Shown here: positions 37,678 to 47,183 of the stretch, one piece after another
Layout: every line of letters starts with the position of its first letter
Position numbering within the stretch: the stretch's first letter is position 1
Assembly (NCBI GenBank): GCA_964608995.1
Contig: CAZSQS010000009.1
Span: forward strand, 2,039 to 66,038
Length of the DNA: 64,000 bases
Direction: 5' to 3'
Source: an uncultured Smithella sp.
Lineage (GTDB): Bacteria; Desulfobacterota; Syntrophia; Syntrophales; Smithellaceae
Translations under genes and position numbers: made by a program
Notes under the pieces: generated by a model
What the model was told of the DNA's origin: nothing
What the model saw: only the letters and a program-made list of their open reading frames with translations
Database searches by the model: none

Positions 37678-39249
37678 TTATTCTGACTCACTAATGTCCA
37701 GAATTCTGTCAATATTAAAAGTGCGTTTCTCACCCCGGGTCAGACAATAAGCTTCCATGCCCATATAAGGATGGCCTTTAAATTCCATTTCGCCCATTGT
37801 CAGGGGGCGAACCAGTCTGCGGGATTTTTCATCCTGGCCTTTAAGGTATAAGATTTCCACATTCTTCTTTTGACCGATCGCAGAGAGGATCATCTCCATC
37901 TTGTCTTTCCGGCTGATCTTTTTGGCCGATTGCCGATACTGGATGGAGGTTAGAAATTTCACCACCTGCCAGTCCATCAGGATGGCGGTTTTCCGGAGGG
38001 GCTGCTTCAGAACGATCCCTTGCAATGTGGTGCAGCGCGACAGCGCCACATACATCTGACCGTGGGCAAATGTGCCGCGTCCGATGTCGATAATCACGTT
38101 TTCAAACGTTTTTCCCTGGCTTTTGTGAATTGTGACCGCAAAAGCCAGCCGCACCGGATACTGGGTGAAAGCGCCGACTTCCTCCGATTGCAACTCATTG
38201 TCTTTTATGAAGAAACGATAGATTTTCCATGTATGGGGTGTAATGCGGGCCGTGTCGCCATTGTCCAGATCCGCCACGATGACCTCGTCGCCCTCGTCAT
38301 CTTTTTCAAATCGGCGAATCTTTCCAATGGTGCCGTTGATCCACTGACCGGCGGAATCATTGTTGAGCAGCATGATCTGAGCGCCTTTTTTCAACTTGAT
38401 CTCGACGGCTGTCGGCAGATATTCCTTGCCAAAGTCCCCCTCGATGACGCCCTGGGCCCGCCAGGTTTTGCCGGGCAATTCCAGCAGGCGCTTATCGTTG
38501 ATTTCATCGGCCAGCGCATTGGTGCTGGTCAGATAAAGATAAAAGGAATCGCGTGGCGGCTCAAACTCAGGATCAAAACGGCGGTTGAATCCGGCCAGAT
38601 CGTCGTCTGTAACCGAGCGATTGCGTATGGCATTGAGCAGGCGGACAAATTCATCGTCCTTTTGGCGATAGACTTTTTCGAGTTCAATAAACGTCACGTC
38701 CAGCGATTCGAAGACTTTTGCGCTGAAAAAATAGGGTGAAGCGTAATGGCTTTTAAAAATATCGCGCTCGCCGCTCGTGACCACAGGCGGCAGCTGGTAC
38801 AAATCTCCGATAAAAATCATTTGGATACCACCGAAGGGCAGATGTTCATCCGGGCCGTTGTAACGCAGGAATTTATCGATGCAATCCAGAAGATCGGCGC
38901 GCACCATCGACACTTCGTCGATAATGATCGTTGAGAGTTTTTTGTAAAGTCCCGATTTACCCGTTTCGGATTTCTTTTTTCGCTTAATTGATGCCGGGGT
39001 TACACTCGGCTTAAACCGGAAGAAGGAATGAATCGTTTGTCCGCCGACGTTGACCGCCGCCACACCCGTCGGCGCCAGAACCACGGCTTTTTTGCGGGTA
39101 TTTTCCCGGAAATATTCAAGCAGTGTTGATTTTCCCGTGCCCGCCCTTCCCGTGATCAGCAGATGGCTCGCGCTGTCTTCCATAAGTTGAAGGGCCTGCC
39201 GGAATTCGGGATTCAATTCGATGTTTGAATTTTGATGATGCACAGGCAT
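37678..39249 (-). CDS. Pif1/RecD-like SF1B helicase with a C-terminal WYL-like domain
   Basis: Walker A GRAGTGKST, Walker B IIIDEVSMV, and the Pif1-type QLPPV segment. The last ~70 aa (VEILYLKG...RRLVRP...GMEAYCLTRGEKRTFNIDRILDI) follow the WYL-domain pattern. Confidence 0.75.
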   Translation of the reverse strand: MPVHHQNSNIELNPEFRQALQLMEDSASHLLITGRAGTGKSTLLEYFRENTRKKAVVLAPTGVAAVNVGGQTIHSFFRFKPSVTPASIKRKKKSETGKSGLYKKLSTIIIDEVSMVRADLLDCIDKFLRYNGPDEHLPFGGIQMIFIGDLYQLPPVVTSGERDIFKSHYASPYFFSAKVFESLDVTFIELEKVYRQKDDEFVRLLNAIRNRSVTDDDLAGFNRRFDPEFEPPRDSFYLYLTSTNALADEINDKRLLELPGKTWRAQGVIEGDFGKEYLPTAVEIKLKKGAQIMLLNNDSAGQWINGTIGKIRRFEKDDEGDEVIVADLDNGDTARITPHTWKIYRFFIKDNELQSEEVGAFTQYPVRLAFAVTIHKSQGKTFENVIIDIGRGTFAHGQMYVALSRCTTLQGIVLKQPLRKTAILMDWQVVKFLTSIQYRQSAKKISRKDKMEMILSAIGQKKNVEILYLKGQDEKSRRLVRPLTMGEMEFKGHPYMGMEAYCLTRGEKRTFNIDRILDISESE

Positions 39250-39318
39250 GGTTTTTCCGGATTTTTGAGTAAGCTAAACACTTTTTATCAATTCGTTCAA
39301 CCGGCAAAACGGAATTTA

Positions 39319-42192
39319 TTAACGCCCGGACAAGGTGGCTTTATAGGCAGCTTTATTGAGATACATGTTTTTGTCCGCTTCCCGAATGCGTTCAACAAGA
39401 TTGTCGCCGACGCGAGTGGTGGCGAATCCCGCTGACAGACTCAGCGGGAAATCGTTTGCCCGGTTAAACGACCGGATGTTTTCTTGTAAGCGATCAATCG
39501 CCAGCGCGCAGATATGCTCTTCCACCAGCGGCAGCAATACCAGAAATTCGTCTCCGCCGATGCGCGCAATCATATCCTCGGGACGGAAGGTCTGTTTGAG
39601 CAGGGCGGCCGCATTTTTGATATACAGGTCGCCTGTTGCGTGGCCGAAATCATCATTCATTTTCTTGAGATTGTTGAGATCCAAAACGATGATACTGACG
39701 GGCCGCAGGCGGCTCGACGCCAGGCGATTGATTTCCGCATCGGCGTAAAAGCGGTTGAACAAACCGGTGAGCGAATCATGGAGGCTGATGTATTGCAGAT
39801 TCTCTTCCGCCTGTTTCTGGCCGGTGATGTCGTTGACATGCATCAGCACGCTGTCCGGCGGGGCATAGGCATATTTCACGATGACGTAACGCTTTTCGGG
39901 CCGGTCATCAAATGAGTACCAGAACTGATTTTCAACCGGTTGTCCCGAGTCCATGCATTTGTGAATATCTGCGGCGATCTGCGGCATGCCCATAAAAAAA
40001 TAGTCCGCCTGTTTACCCAGCGCGTCAATAATCTTGTCTCCGATAAACTGGAAGGCCGCGCTGTTGAATTCCGATAGCACATATTCACCGAATTGTTCCT
40101 TCCAGACCAGGGTCGGCACGGGGATGTTGCGGAATAAAAGCCGGATGCGTTCCTCGCTTCGGCGAAGCGCCTCTTCCGCCCATTTGAGCTCCGTCACATC
40201 GCGGCCCATCACGCGGATTCCCATTGGCTCTCCTTGTGCATTGCGGATCAGCGAGAGGTTGTGCTGATGGATGCGCGCCGTGCCGTCCTTGCGGATGACC
40301 TCATAATCCACAAGCCTTCTGGGGTTTCCCGTCGCGATGATCTCCGCCGCGATGTGTTCAACTACGCGGGCGGTCCGGGGCGAGACGATCCGGCGGACGT
40401 TCATGGTTAAAAGCTCCTCGCGTGGATAGCCCATCATCGTGCAGGCCGCGTCATTAACAAAAATGAAATTGCCGTTGAGATCGTGTTCAATATAGCCCTC
40501 TGAAATACTCTCCAGAATTGAACGGTATTTTTCCTCGCTTTGCCGAAGCGCCTGCTGTGCTTCCAGGCGTTCCGTCACGTCCCGCGTTGTCCCCCGGAAA
40601 CCCGCAGGCTCACCCTCCGCATCGCGCATCAGCGACACTGACAATGAGATAAACCGTGTGTTTCCGTCTTTATCGCGGATGGCATGATTGTCGATCGTGG
40701 CCGAATGGCCGGTTTCGTAAATGGATTTAAAAACCTGCGCGATTTGCTGATAAGCGGCCTCGCCCGTATAAAACTGCGGAAGGGCATGGATCAGATCCTT
40801 GCGGTCATAGCCCAGCCGCCTGGAAATGATTTCATTGACAAAGGTAATATTGCCTTTGAGATCCAATTCAAAGCATCCGTCGGAGATGTTTTCAATAAAA
40901 TTTCGGTAGCGCTGGAGATCTGCCGATATTTTCCGCTGCGCCGTAACATCGCGTCCGATGATGGAAAAGCCTGTGATGCGCTCCGTATCGTCCCGGATGG
41001 CCGAAACGCTCAGCCAAATATAGAATTCTTCCCCGCTTTTGCGAACACGGCGCGTTTCATAGTGCTCGATGGGGCGGCCCTTGCGAATCTCATTGAGCAG
41101 GCGCGAGACCTCTTCAATTTTATCGGATGGCGCAAGGACAGTCAGGGGTTGGCCGATAATTTCACCGGCTGTGTATCCATACATATGCACCGCGCCGGAA
41201 TTCCAATCCGTAATGATGCCGCGCCAGTCGGCGCCGATGATAGCATCGTCCGAGGCTTCAACGATAGAGGCAAGCCTCAGCAGATGACGCTGGTCATTTT
41301 TAAGATCGGTGATGTCTTCATAGATCCCCAAAATACCCGACGTGAGGCCTTTTTCGTTTCGCAGCGGCACTTTGTGTTTGCGAAACCAGCGCGTTTGGGC
41401 GCCGTCCGGCATTACCACTTCTTCTTCATAGCCGATGACGGCCGTGCCGGAATCCAGCACCTCTCGATCGCGGCGCCGGAATTTTTCGGCGTCTTTTTTC
41501 CAGGCCAGCTCGTCATCGGTCTTTCCAACAATGTCTCGTGGCCTGGCCAGACCCGCGTCCCGGGCGAACACGTCGTTGCAGCCAAGATATTTCAGATGCG
41601 CATCCTTCCAGAAAATCCTCAATTGGAGCGAATTGATCACCTGATCGAACATCTTTGGAAAGTCTGCCGTGTCGCGGTTTGATATTAGTCGCTTTCGCGC
41701 CAGCCAGGCGCCTTGCATCAGCAGGTTCACCCCGCGGACCTGCGCTGGCGAGTATTTGCCCCGCGTATTGGCGAGCCCCCAGATAAGGACGATGCGATCT
41801 GAATCAAAAACAGGTGCAGAGGCCAGAGTGGTCACCGATCCGGATTGAGGCGATAAAGAGTGGCCTGATAGAACGTCTGCGCCAGAAGAGTTGAGAATCA
41901 TGGGCTTGGCGGTTTTTATCGTTTCTCCCCAGATGCCGATCGCCTCCGGATCATATTGCGTATCTGGCTTCATGTCGGTGCAGATCTTTTCAAAGCCTTC
42001 CGACCAGGCACAAAGCGTTAATGTTTTAGATTTATCATTGTAGAGGAAGACATAACCGAATTCACTTGCGGTTTGGGTCATGGCTTCACGAAGCGCCTGA
42101 TCCAGCGGCTCCTGCGATGAGGTCGCTTCGGATTGGAAAATCTTCAAAAGACTTTCCGTCCATTTTGTGCCTTGAAAGCCCCGTGTCCGCAT
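39319..42192 (-). CDS. cytoplasmic GAF-multi-PAS-GGDEF diguanylate cyclase
   Basis: 957 aa with an N-terminal GAF-like domain, at least four PAS/PAC repeats, and a C-terminal GGDEF domain with an intact RIGGDEFLVLL active site. No TM segment and no EAL domain. Confidence 0.85.
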   Translation of the reverse strand: MRTRGFQGTKWTESLLKIFQSEATSSQEPLDQALREAMTQTASEFGYVFLYNDKSKTLTLCAWSEGFEKICTDMKPDTQYDPEAIGIWGETIKTAKPMILNSSGADVLSGHSLSPQSGSVTTLASAPVFDSDRIVLIWGLANTRGKYSPAQVRGVNLLMQGAWLARKRLISNRDTADFPKMFDQVINSLQLRIFWKDAHLKYLGCNDVFARDAGLARPRDIVGKTDDELAWKKDAEKFRRRDREVLDSGTAVIGYEEEVVMPDGAQTRWFRKHKVPLRNEKGLTSGILGIYEDITDLKNDQRHLLRLASIVEASDDAIIGADWRGIITDWNSGAVHMYGYTAGEIIGQPLTVLAPSDKIEEVSRLLNEIRKGRPIEHYETRRVRKSGEEFYIWLSVSAIRDDTERITGFSIIGRDVTAQRKISADLQRYRNFIENISDGCFELDLKGNITFVNEIISRRLGYDRKDLIHALPQFYTGEAAYQQIAQVFKSIYETGHSATIDNHAIRDKDGNTRFISLSVSLMRDAEGEPAGFRGTTRDVTERLEAQQALRQSEEKYRSILESISEGYIEHDLNGNFIFVNDAACTMMGYPREELLTMNVRRIVSPRTARVVEHIAAEIIATGNPRRLVDYEVIRKDGTARIHQHNLSLIRNAQGEPMGIRVMGRDVTELKWAEEALRRSEERIRLLFRNIPVPTLVWKEQFGEYVLSEFNSAAFQFIGDKIIDALGKQADYFFMGMPQIAADIHKCMDSGQPVENQFWYSFDDRPEKRYVIVKYAYAPPDSVLMHVNDITGQKQAEENLQYISLHDSLTGLFNRFYADAEINRLASSRLRPVSIIVLDLNNLKKMNDDFGHATGDLYIKNAAALLKQTFRPEDMIARIGGDEFLVLLPLVEEHICALAIDRLQENIRSFNRANDFPLSLSAGFATTRVGDNLVERIREADKNMYLNKAAYKATLSGR

Positions 42193-42388
42193 TAATCACC
42201 CAAATATTTAATTTAACTTATGGTTCTATTATAAACTGCCAATGGGTGTTATGCAACGGGAATTGCAGGAGCGTAGCGACAACAAATCATACCCTCATGA
42301 ACTTTTTCCACGAATCCATCGGGAAAGGCATTTTGAGGGGATGAGGTTAACGCCGCAGTGGAGTCATTTCTTCACGGCGGCGTTATCG

Positions 42389-42664
42389 TTAAGCCATATT
42401 GATGGTGTGAATCTTCAGCAGGAATTCTTTGAATTTATCTTTCGTTGTTTCCTTGATGGATTCGAGGCGCACGACCACGGCTTTGTTATAAAACATGAAT
42501 CCGTCGTCGATTTTTTCGGGATTTTCATCATCATCGATAAAATGTTCCATGAACATGATGGCGGACTGTTTGGCTTCGCTTTCACTGTTGGCGGTAATCA
42601 GATAGTGATGACGATTGATATTTTCGTCTTCCTTCTCGCTAATTTTAATCCAGTAATCGGGCAT
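42389..42664 (-). CDS. hypothetical acidic 91-aa protein
   Basis: An ORF in an AT-richer segment with an RBS-like aggagaaagg before the ATG. I recognise no motif. Confidence 0.4.
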   Translation of the reverse strand: MPDYWIKISEKEDENINRHHYLITANSESEAKQSAIMFMEHFIDDDENPEKIDDGFMFYNKAVVVRLESIKETTKDKFKEFLLKIHTINMA

Positions 42665-42843
42665 ACCTTTCTCCTGATCGAAATATAAATCTTTACTTGC
42701 TATTGTCTGTAAAAAACGGATACTTCCTTAACAATTCGGCTCGTTGATACAATAACATCTGAAATTAGTCAAACGATGAATTAAGACAAATTTAGCCATT
42801 GGGGTGCCGGGTGTTGATCCCATGCCTGTGTGTTCCCGAAGCT

Positions 42844-42872
42844 TTGACATCCCAAGCCATCTTGGTTATTCT
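42844..42872 (+). promoter_or_regulatory. candidate sigma70 promoter for the 42961 operon
   Basis: TTGACA (42844-49), a 17-nt spacer, then TATTCT (42867-72). Confidence 0.3.
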
Positions 42873-42960
42873 GATTAAAATTCAGTCTCAAGAAACATTA
42901 AAATATTAGCTTATTGAGCAGGCCCAACCGACAACATGTTTTTTCAAGGGAGGTTTTAAT

Positions 42961-43587
42961 ATGACCAGATCCATGATGACACTTGTTATGGGAATGATGC
43001 TTTTGCTGTCCTTTGCACAGGGCTCATGGGCCGACTGGCCGGTGACAAGCTATCCGGAATATCGCGGGAAGATTCTTGACGCCGAAACGAAAGAACCCAT
43101 CGAGGGCGCGGTGGCGGTGGTTTATTATGATCGCGACATGCTCATCGGCGGCCCAGGCGGCCCCGGGTCTTATATCTTCCATGCCAAAGAGCGACTGACG
43201 GATGAAAAAGGCGAATTTACCTTTCCGTCTTATACCTCATTGCATCTTATTTCCGAGGGGGGCTGCGCCTCGTTCATATTTTTTAAACCCGGCTACATGG
43301 CCAGTTACGGCCCGGAAGTCCTCGAGAATTGTTATATGACTCAAGACTACTTTACCACGGATGAAGCCGGTAAGATCGGTGAAGTTCGCGCCAAGGGGGG
43401 CAGGCCCGCCATCTACCAGGGTCCATTGGGCATTGTGGAACTGCGGAAGGCGAAGACAAGGGAGGAAATATTAATGGGAAGCCCTGGTGCGCCATCATCT
43501 GAATTTAGATCAAACAAATTACCTCTGCTGTTTAAAGCTATAAATGAAGATCGCAAAAGAAGGGGATTGGAAGGAGAGATAAAATGA
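42961..43587 (+). CDS. secreted hypothetical protein with a carboxypeptidase-regulatory-like beta-sandwich segment
   Basis: Has a signal peptide MTRSMMTLVMGMMLLLSFAQGSWA. The segment GKILDAETKEPIEGAVAVVYY resembles CarboxypepD_reg-like domains. RBS gggagg. Confidence 0.5.
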   Translation: MTRSMMTLVMGMMLLLSFAQGSWADWPVTSYPEYRGKILDAETKEPIEGAVAVVYYDRDMLIGGPGGPGSYIFHAKERLTDEKGEFTFPSYTSLHLISEGGCASFIFFKPGYMASYGPEVLENCYMTQDYFTTDEAGKIGEVRAKGGRPAIYQGPLGIVELRKAKTREEILMGSPGAPSSEFRSNKLPLLFKAINEDRKRRGLEGEIK

Positions 43588-44186
43588 TTATCGCGAAGAA
43601 TAGAATTTTCAAAATGACTTTAATGTTATTATTGTTTTGCTCTCTGCTGCTTGCAAGTACCCCTGAACAATGTTTCGCACTACATCCAAAAACACATAGA
43701 GCTATAAATGAGCGCGTATCCAAGACATCAATTCTCGATGATTACTTAAAAACACAATTAGGAATGCAAAGCGGTGTGGAGAGCAGTGTTAGCCAGCAAA
43801 AGATATGGGAATGGATCGCCGAAGGCGGTGAGAAGGAAGACCTCATGGGTGTGCGATCCATGTATCATTTTCACAATCCTCTTTCGAACAAAGGACTACT
43901 TGGAAAGGAATTTTCGGCCATCGTCTGGGCGACGCTGCCGGTAGGCGGGCAAAGCCTCGCCCCTCAGGCTTCCTGGGATGACGTCCGGTATTATTATCGC
44001 CGCGCCCTGACGGCGGCAGACAAAAACGAACGTGAAAACTGGTTTGCCTTGACCTTTCAGGGCTTGGGCCAGATGATGCATCTGGTCGAGGACATGTCCG
44101 TTCCCGCGCATACGCGGGATGACATGCATGTGTTTAAGGCGGACGGATATGAAAAATGGTTTCGCAAGAAGCCTGTTGCCAGATAA
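43584..44186 (+). CDS. secreted zinc-dependent phospholipase C / P1-nuclease-fold-like protein (short)
   Basis: Has a signal peptide, then ALHPKTHRAIN near the mature N-terminus and HLVEDMSVPAHTRDDMH, both typical metal-ligand motifs of that fold. There is an ATGA overlap with the upstream ORF. At 200 aa it is short for the family. Confidence 0.45.
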   Translation: MIIAKNRIFKMTLMLLLFCSLLLASTPEQCFALHPKTHRAINERVSKTSILDDYLKTQLGMQSGVESSVSQQKIWEWIAEGGEKEDLMGVRSMYHFHNPLSNKGLLGKEFSAIVWATLPVGGQSLAPQASWDDVRYYYRRALTAADKNERENWFALTFQGLGQMMHLVEDMSVPAHTRDDMHVFKADGYEKWFRKKPVAR

Positions 44187-44226
44187 AATCCTTTTCTGTA
44201 TAGTACAAAAAAACACCAGAGGGAAT

Positions 44227-44964
44227 ATGAAAAGGAAGATCATTTCGATCGATGAGGACAAGTGTAACGGTTGCGGCCTGTGCGTGACGGGCTGCGCCGA
44301 AGGCGCCATTCAAATTATTGACGGCAAGGCCCGGGTCGTAAACGACGCGTTTTGCGATGGTCTGGGGGCCTGCATTGGGGAATGTCCCGAAGGCGCCTTA
44401 TCCATTGTGGAGCGGGAAGCGGACCCGTTTGACGAAAAACAGGTGGCCCAGGCATTAGCCCGCGCGAAACACTCAGGCGCTCAGTCCGAAAAAACGCCTT
44501 TTAATATCCTGTCTCCGGCAGGGGGCTGCCCCGGGTCTCAGTCTGTGACCTTCGCGAAAGCGTCGTCACCGGTATCCGGCGCGCAGGTTTCCGAACTTTC
44601 GCACTGGCCGGTCCAATTGCACCTGGTCAATCCCGCCGCCGATTTTTTCCGAGGCCGCGATGTGGTGCTGGCCGCCGACTGCGCAGCGTTTGCCGCCGGA
44701 AATTTCCATGAAAAATTTTTAAAGGGGAAAAGCCTCGCCATTGCCTGTCCCAAACTGGACGACGGGCAGGAGGTCTATATCGATAAAATCCGCCGCATGG
44801 CGGACGAAGCGCAAATCCGCAGCCTGACGGTGGTGATGATGCAGGTGCCGTGCTGCCGCGGCTTACTTGAGCTGGCGCGCACGGGGCTCGGTCAGGCGGC
44901 GCGCAATGTTCCCCTGAAAACCGTCATTATCGGGATTTCGGGGAATATCCTTGCGGAGGAATGA
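44227..44964 (+). CDS. 2x[4Fe-4S] ferredoxin-domain protein with a Cys-containing C-terminal domain
   Basis: Has the cluster motifs CNGCGLCVTGC and CDGLGACIGEC, and later ...ACPKLDD...VPCCRGL. I moved the start to ATG 44227 (MKRKIISIDEDK). Its stop overlaps the kinase start (ATGA). Confidence 0.7.
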   Translation: MKRKIISIDEDKCNGCGLCVTGCAEGAIQIIDGKARVVNDAFCDGLGACIGECPEGALSIVEREADPFDEKQVAQALARAKHSGAQSEKTPFNILSPAGGCPGSQSVTFAKASSPVSGAQVSELSHWPVQLHLVNPAADFFRGRDVVLAADCAAFAAGNFHEKFLKGKSLAIACPKLDDGQEVYIDKIRRMADEAQIRSLTVVMMQVPCCRGLLELARTGLGQAARNVPLKTVIIGISGNILAEE

Positions 44965-47183
44965 TGGGGAAAATCCTTCCGAACAGCGAACTGATCCAGG
45001 AAATTGAAAGTCTTCACCTGCAGGTCAAAGCGCTCAAGCAATCGGAAGCCAAAAGAAAGCGCATCGAAGGCGCACTCAAGGAAAGCGAGCAGCGACTGCG
45101 CACCATCATCGACGGCTCGCCCATTCCCGCGTTTGTGCTTGGCCGGGATCGCCGCATAATTTACTGGAACCGCGCGCTCGAAGAGTTGAGCAAGATTGAG
45201 GCGAATGCAGTCATCGGCACGCGCCAGCAATGGCGGGCCTTTTACAGCCACAAACGGCCCTGCATGGCCGATCTGCTGATTGCAGGCGAGATTGAAAAAA
45301 TTCCGCACTGGTACACCGGCAAATATATTAAATCCAAACTGCTCGACGAGGCATATGAAGCCACCGATTTTTTTCCGGAACTGGGCGATCGGGGCAAATG
45401 GCTGCGCTTCACGGCAGCCATTATCCGCAATGCCGCAGGCGAGCTCGTCGGCGCCATCGAAACCCTCGAGGATATCACCAAGCGCAAGCGCGTGGAAGAG
45501 GCGCTGGTGGCCGCACGCGAAGAACTCGAGCGACGGGTTCAGAAGCGCACGGCGGAACTGGCCCGCGCAAATGAAGCGCTTCTGATGGAGCTGATGGAGC
45601 GCCAGGAAACGCAAAAAGCCCTCAAACAGACCACGGATCATCTCTCGCTCCTGCTGGAATCGCTGCCGATCATCTCCTACACGAGAAAGGCGGAGGATGA
45701 TTTTGGCGTTACCTTTGTCAGCAGCAGCATCGAAGACATTACCGGCTACCCCCCGCAATTATTTATCGAAGATGAACAGTTCTGGGCGGATCACATTCAT
45801 CCGGATGACCGGGGCCGGATCCTGGCCGAATTGAAAAATGTTGTGCCTGATGTGGCCTATCGCTGCAGCTACCGGTTTCGCATTTTAGATGATTCCTACC
45901 GGTGGTTCTCCGATTACTGGCGGGTGGTGCAGTGGCCGTCCGGCGCGTCGAGTTATATTGTCGGGGCCTGGCAGGATGTGACGGAAGATAAGAAAATCCG
46001 CCAGGAAGGGGAGCTGAGGCTCCAGCAAATGATCCAGACGCATAAGCTGACGGCGTTGGGCGAGGTGGTCGCGGGCGTCGCGCATGAAATCAACAATCCG
46101 GTGAGCTTCATCGCCTACAATGTTCCGGTGCTCGAAGAAATCTGGAATACGGTGGAAACCATCCTTTCGCGAAACAGCGCCCATCACCCCGACTGGGAAA
46201 AACGCGGGCTCACCTACGAGGAAGTCTGCGCCAATATGCGGGAAATTATTTCCGCCTTTAAAATCGGCGCCAATCGCATCAGCCGGGTCATTACGTCGCT
46301 GAAGGAATTTTCCCGCTCCGACGAAACCTCGCAGAAAAAACAGGTGTCCGTGTCGGAAATCATCAATGGCGCTTTGGTGATTGTGGGCGCGCAAATCCGG
46401 CGAACTGTTTCCCATATTGATCTGGAGATCGCCGAGGGCCTTCCGGCCGTCACCGGGCATTTTCAGAAAATCGAGCAGGTGATCGCCAATCTGCTCATCA
46501 ATGCGCATCAGGCCATTCCCGCAGGTGACAAGGGGGCGATTCGGATCCGCTGCCGCCACATCGAGCGGCTGGAGGCGGTGGTGGTGGACATTGAAGACAA
46601 CGGCAAAGGCATCGAACGCGACATTCTGAGTCATATCTTCGATCCGTTTTTTACGACGAGGCGAGACCGCGACGGCACGGGGCTGGGCCTCTCCATTTCT
46701 TACGGTCTGGTTCGGGAGCATCACGGGCTTATCAGCGTTTTATCGCGTCCCGGCCGGGGGAGTCGTTTTTGTGTGTATCTGCCTGTTGACGGTCAGACGG
46801 ATATCAAGCTCTCTCCAGCCATTTTATGCGTGGATTCCAACGTGAAATATCTCAAGGAACTCAAGGCCAATTTTGTCGATGCCGTGATCTGGCGCTCCGA
46901 AGCGCAGGACACCCCCGAAGATATTCTTGATTTTCTTATCGAAAACCCGCAAGTCGATCTGGTGATTTCCGAGGTTCGGCTCAAGGGATTTAACGGCTGG
47001 ACGCTTTTTGAAAAAATTCATTCCGTTTTTCCATTGCTGCCCGTCATTCTTTTTTCAGCGGACCGAAGAGGGCTCAAAGCCCCGGCCAACCTGAAATCGC
47101 TTCCGGACGGCATCCTGCACAAACCCTTCAGCATTGATACGCTTCAGAAGATGATTCATGACATCGGGAGGCAGCAGCTATGA
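44961..47183 (+). CDS. PAS-containing sensor histidine kinase with a C-terminal pseudo-receiver domain
   Basis: 740 aa and apparently cytoplasmic, with two PAS regions and coiled coils. H-box AGVAHEINNP, ATPase boxes DNGKGI and GTGLGLSISYG. The C-terminal REC-like fold reads DLVISE where the phospho-Asp is expected. Confidence 0.85.
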   Translation: MMGKILPNSELIQEIESLHLQVKALKQSEAKRKRIEGALKESEQRLRTIIDGSPIPAFVLGRDRRIIYWNRALEELSKIEANAVIGTRQQWRAFYSHKRPCMADLLIAGEIEKIPHWYTGKYIKSKLLDEAYEATDFFPELGDRGKWLRFTAAIIRNAAGELVGAIETLEDITKRKRVEEALVAAREELERRVQKRTAELARANEALLMELMERQETQKALKQTTDHLSLLLESLPIISYTRKAEDDFGVTFVSSSIEDITGYPPQLFIEDEQFWADHIHPDDRGRILAELKNVVPDVAYRCSYRFRILDDSYRWFSDYWRVVQWPSGASSYIVGAWQDVTEDKKIRQEGELRLQQMIQTHKLTALGEVVAGVAHEINNPVSFIAYNVPVLEEIWNTVETILSRNSAHHPDWEKRGLTYEEVCANMREIISAFKIGANRISRVITSLKEFSRSDETSQKKQVSVSEIINGALVIVGAQIRRTVSHIDLEIAEGLPAVTGHFQKIEQVIANLLINAHQAIPAGDKGAIRIRCRHIERLEAVVVDIEDNGKGIERDILSHIFDPFFTTRRDRDGTGLGLSISYGLVREHHGLISVLSRPGRGSRFCVYLPVDGQTDIKLSPAILCVDSNVKYLKELKANFVDAVIWRSEAQDTPEDILDFLIENPQVDLVISEVRLKGFNGWTLFEKIHSVFPLLPVILFSADRRGLKAPANLKSLPDGILHKPFSIDTLQKMIHDIGRQQL

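Noticed and set aside
39283-39300. A possible LexA box upstream of the Pif1-WYL helicase (the minus strand reads GAACGAATTGAT)
   Set aside because: Only the left half-site and spacer (GAACGAAT) match the lexA operator. The right half is TGAT instead of GTTC, so the palindrome is not present.
42348-42385. A 9-bp perfect stem, TAACGCCGC ... GCGGCGTTA, with a 20-nt loop just downstream of the 91-aa ORF
   Set aside because: It could be a terminator for the minus-strand ORF, but no U-run follows on either strand, and it also lies in the 5' region of the GGDEF gene. The evidence is too weak to annotate.
44119-44226. The N-terminal 36 codons of ORF 44119..44964, which overlap the end of the phospholipase-C-like gene
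   Set aside because: The ferredoxin-like domain starts right after the internal ATG at 44227 (MKRKIISIDEDKCNGC). The upstream extension has no similarity to either neighbour and would overlap 68 nt of the preceding gene.
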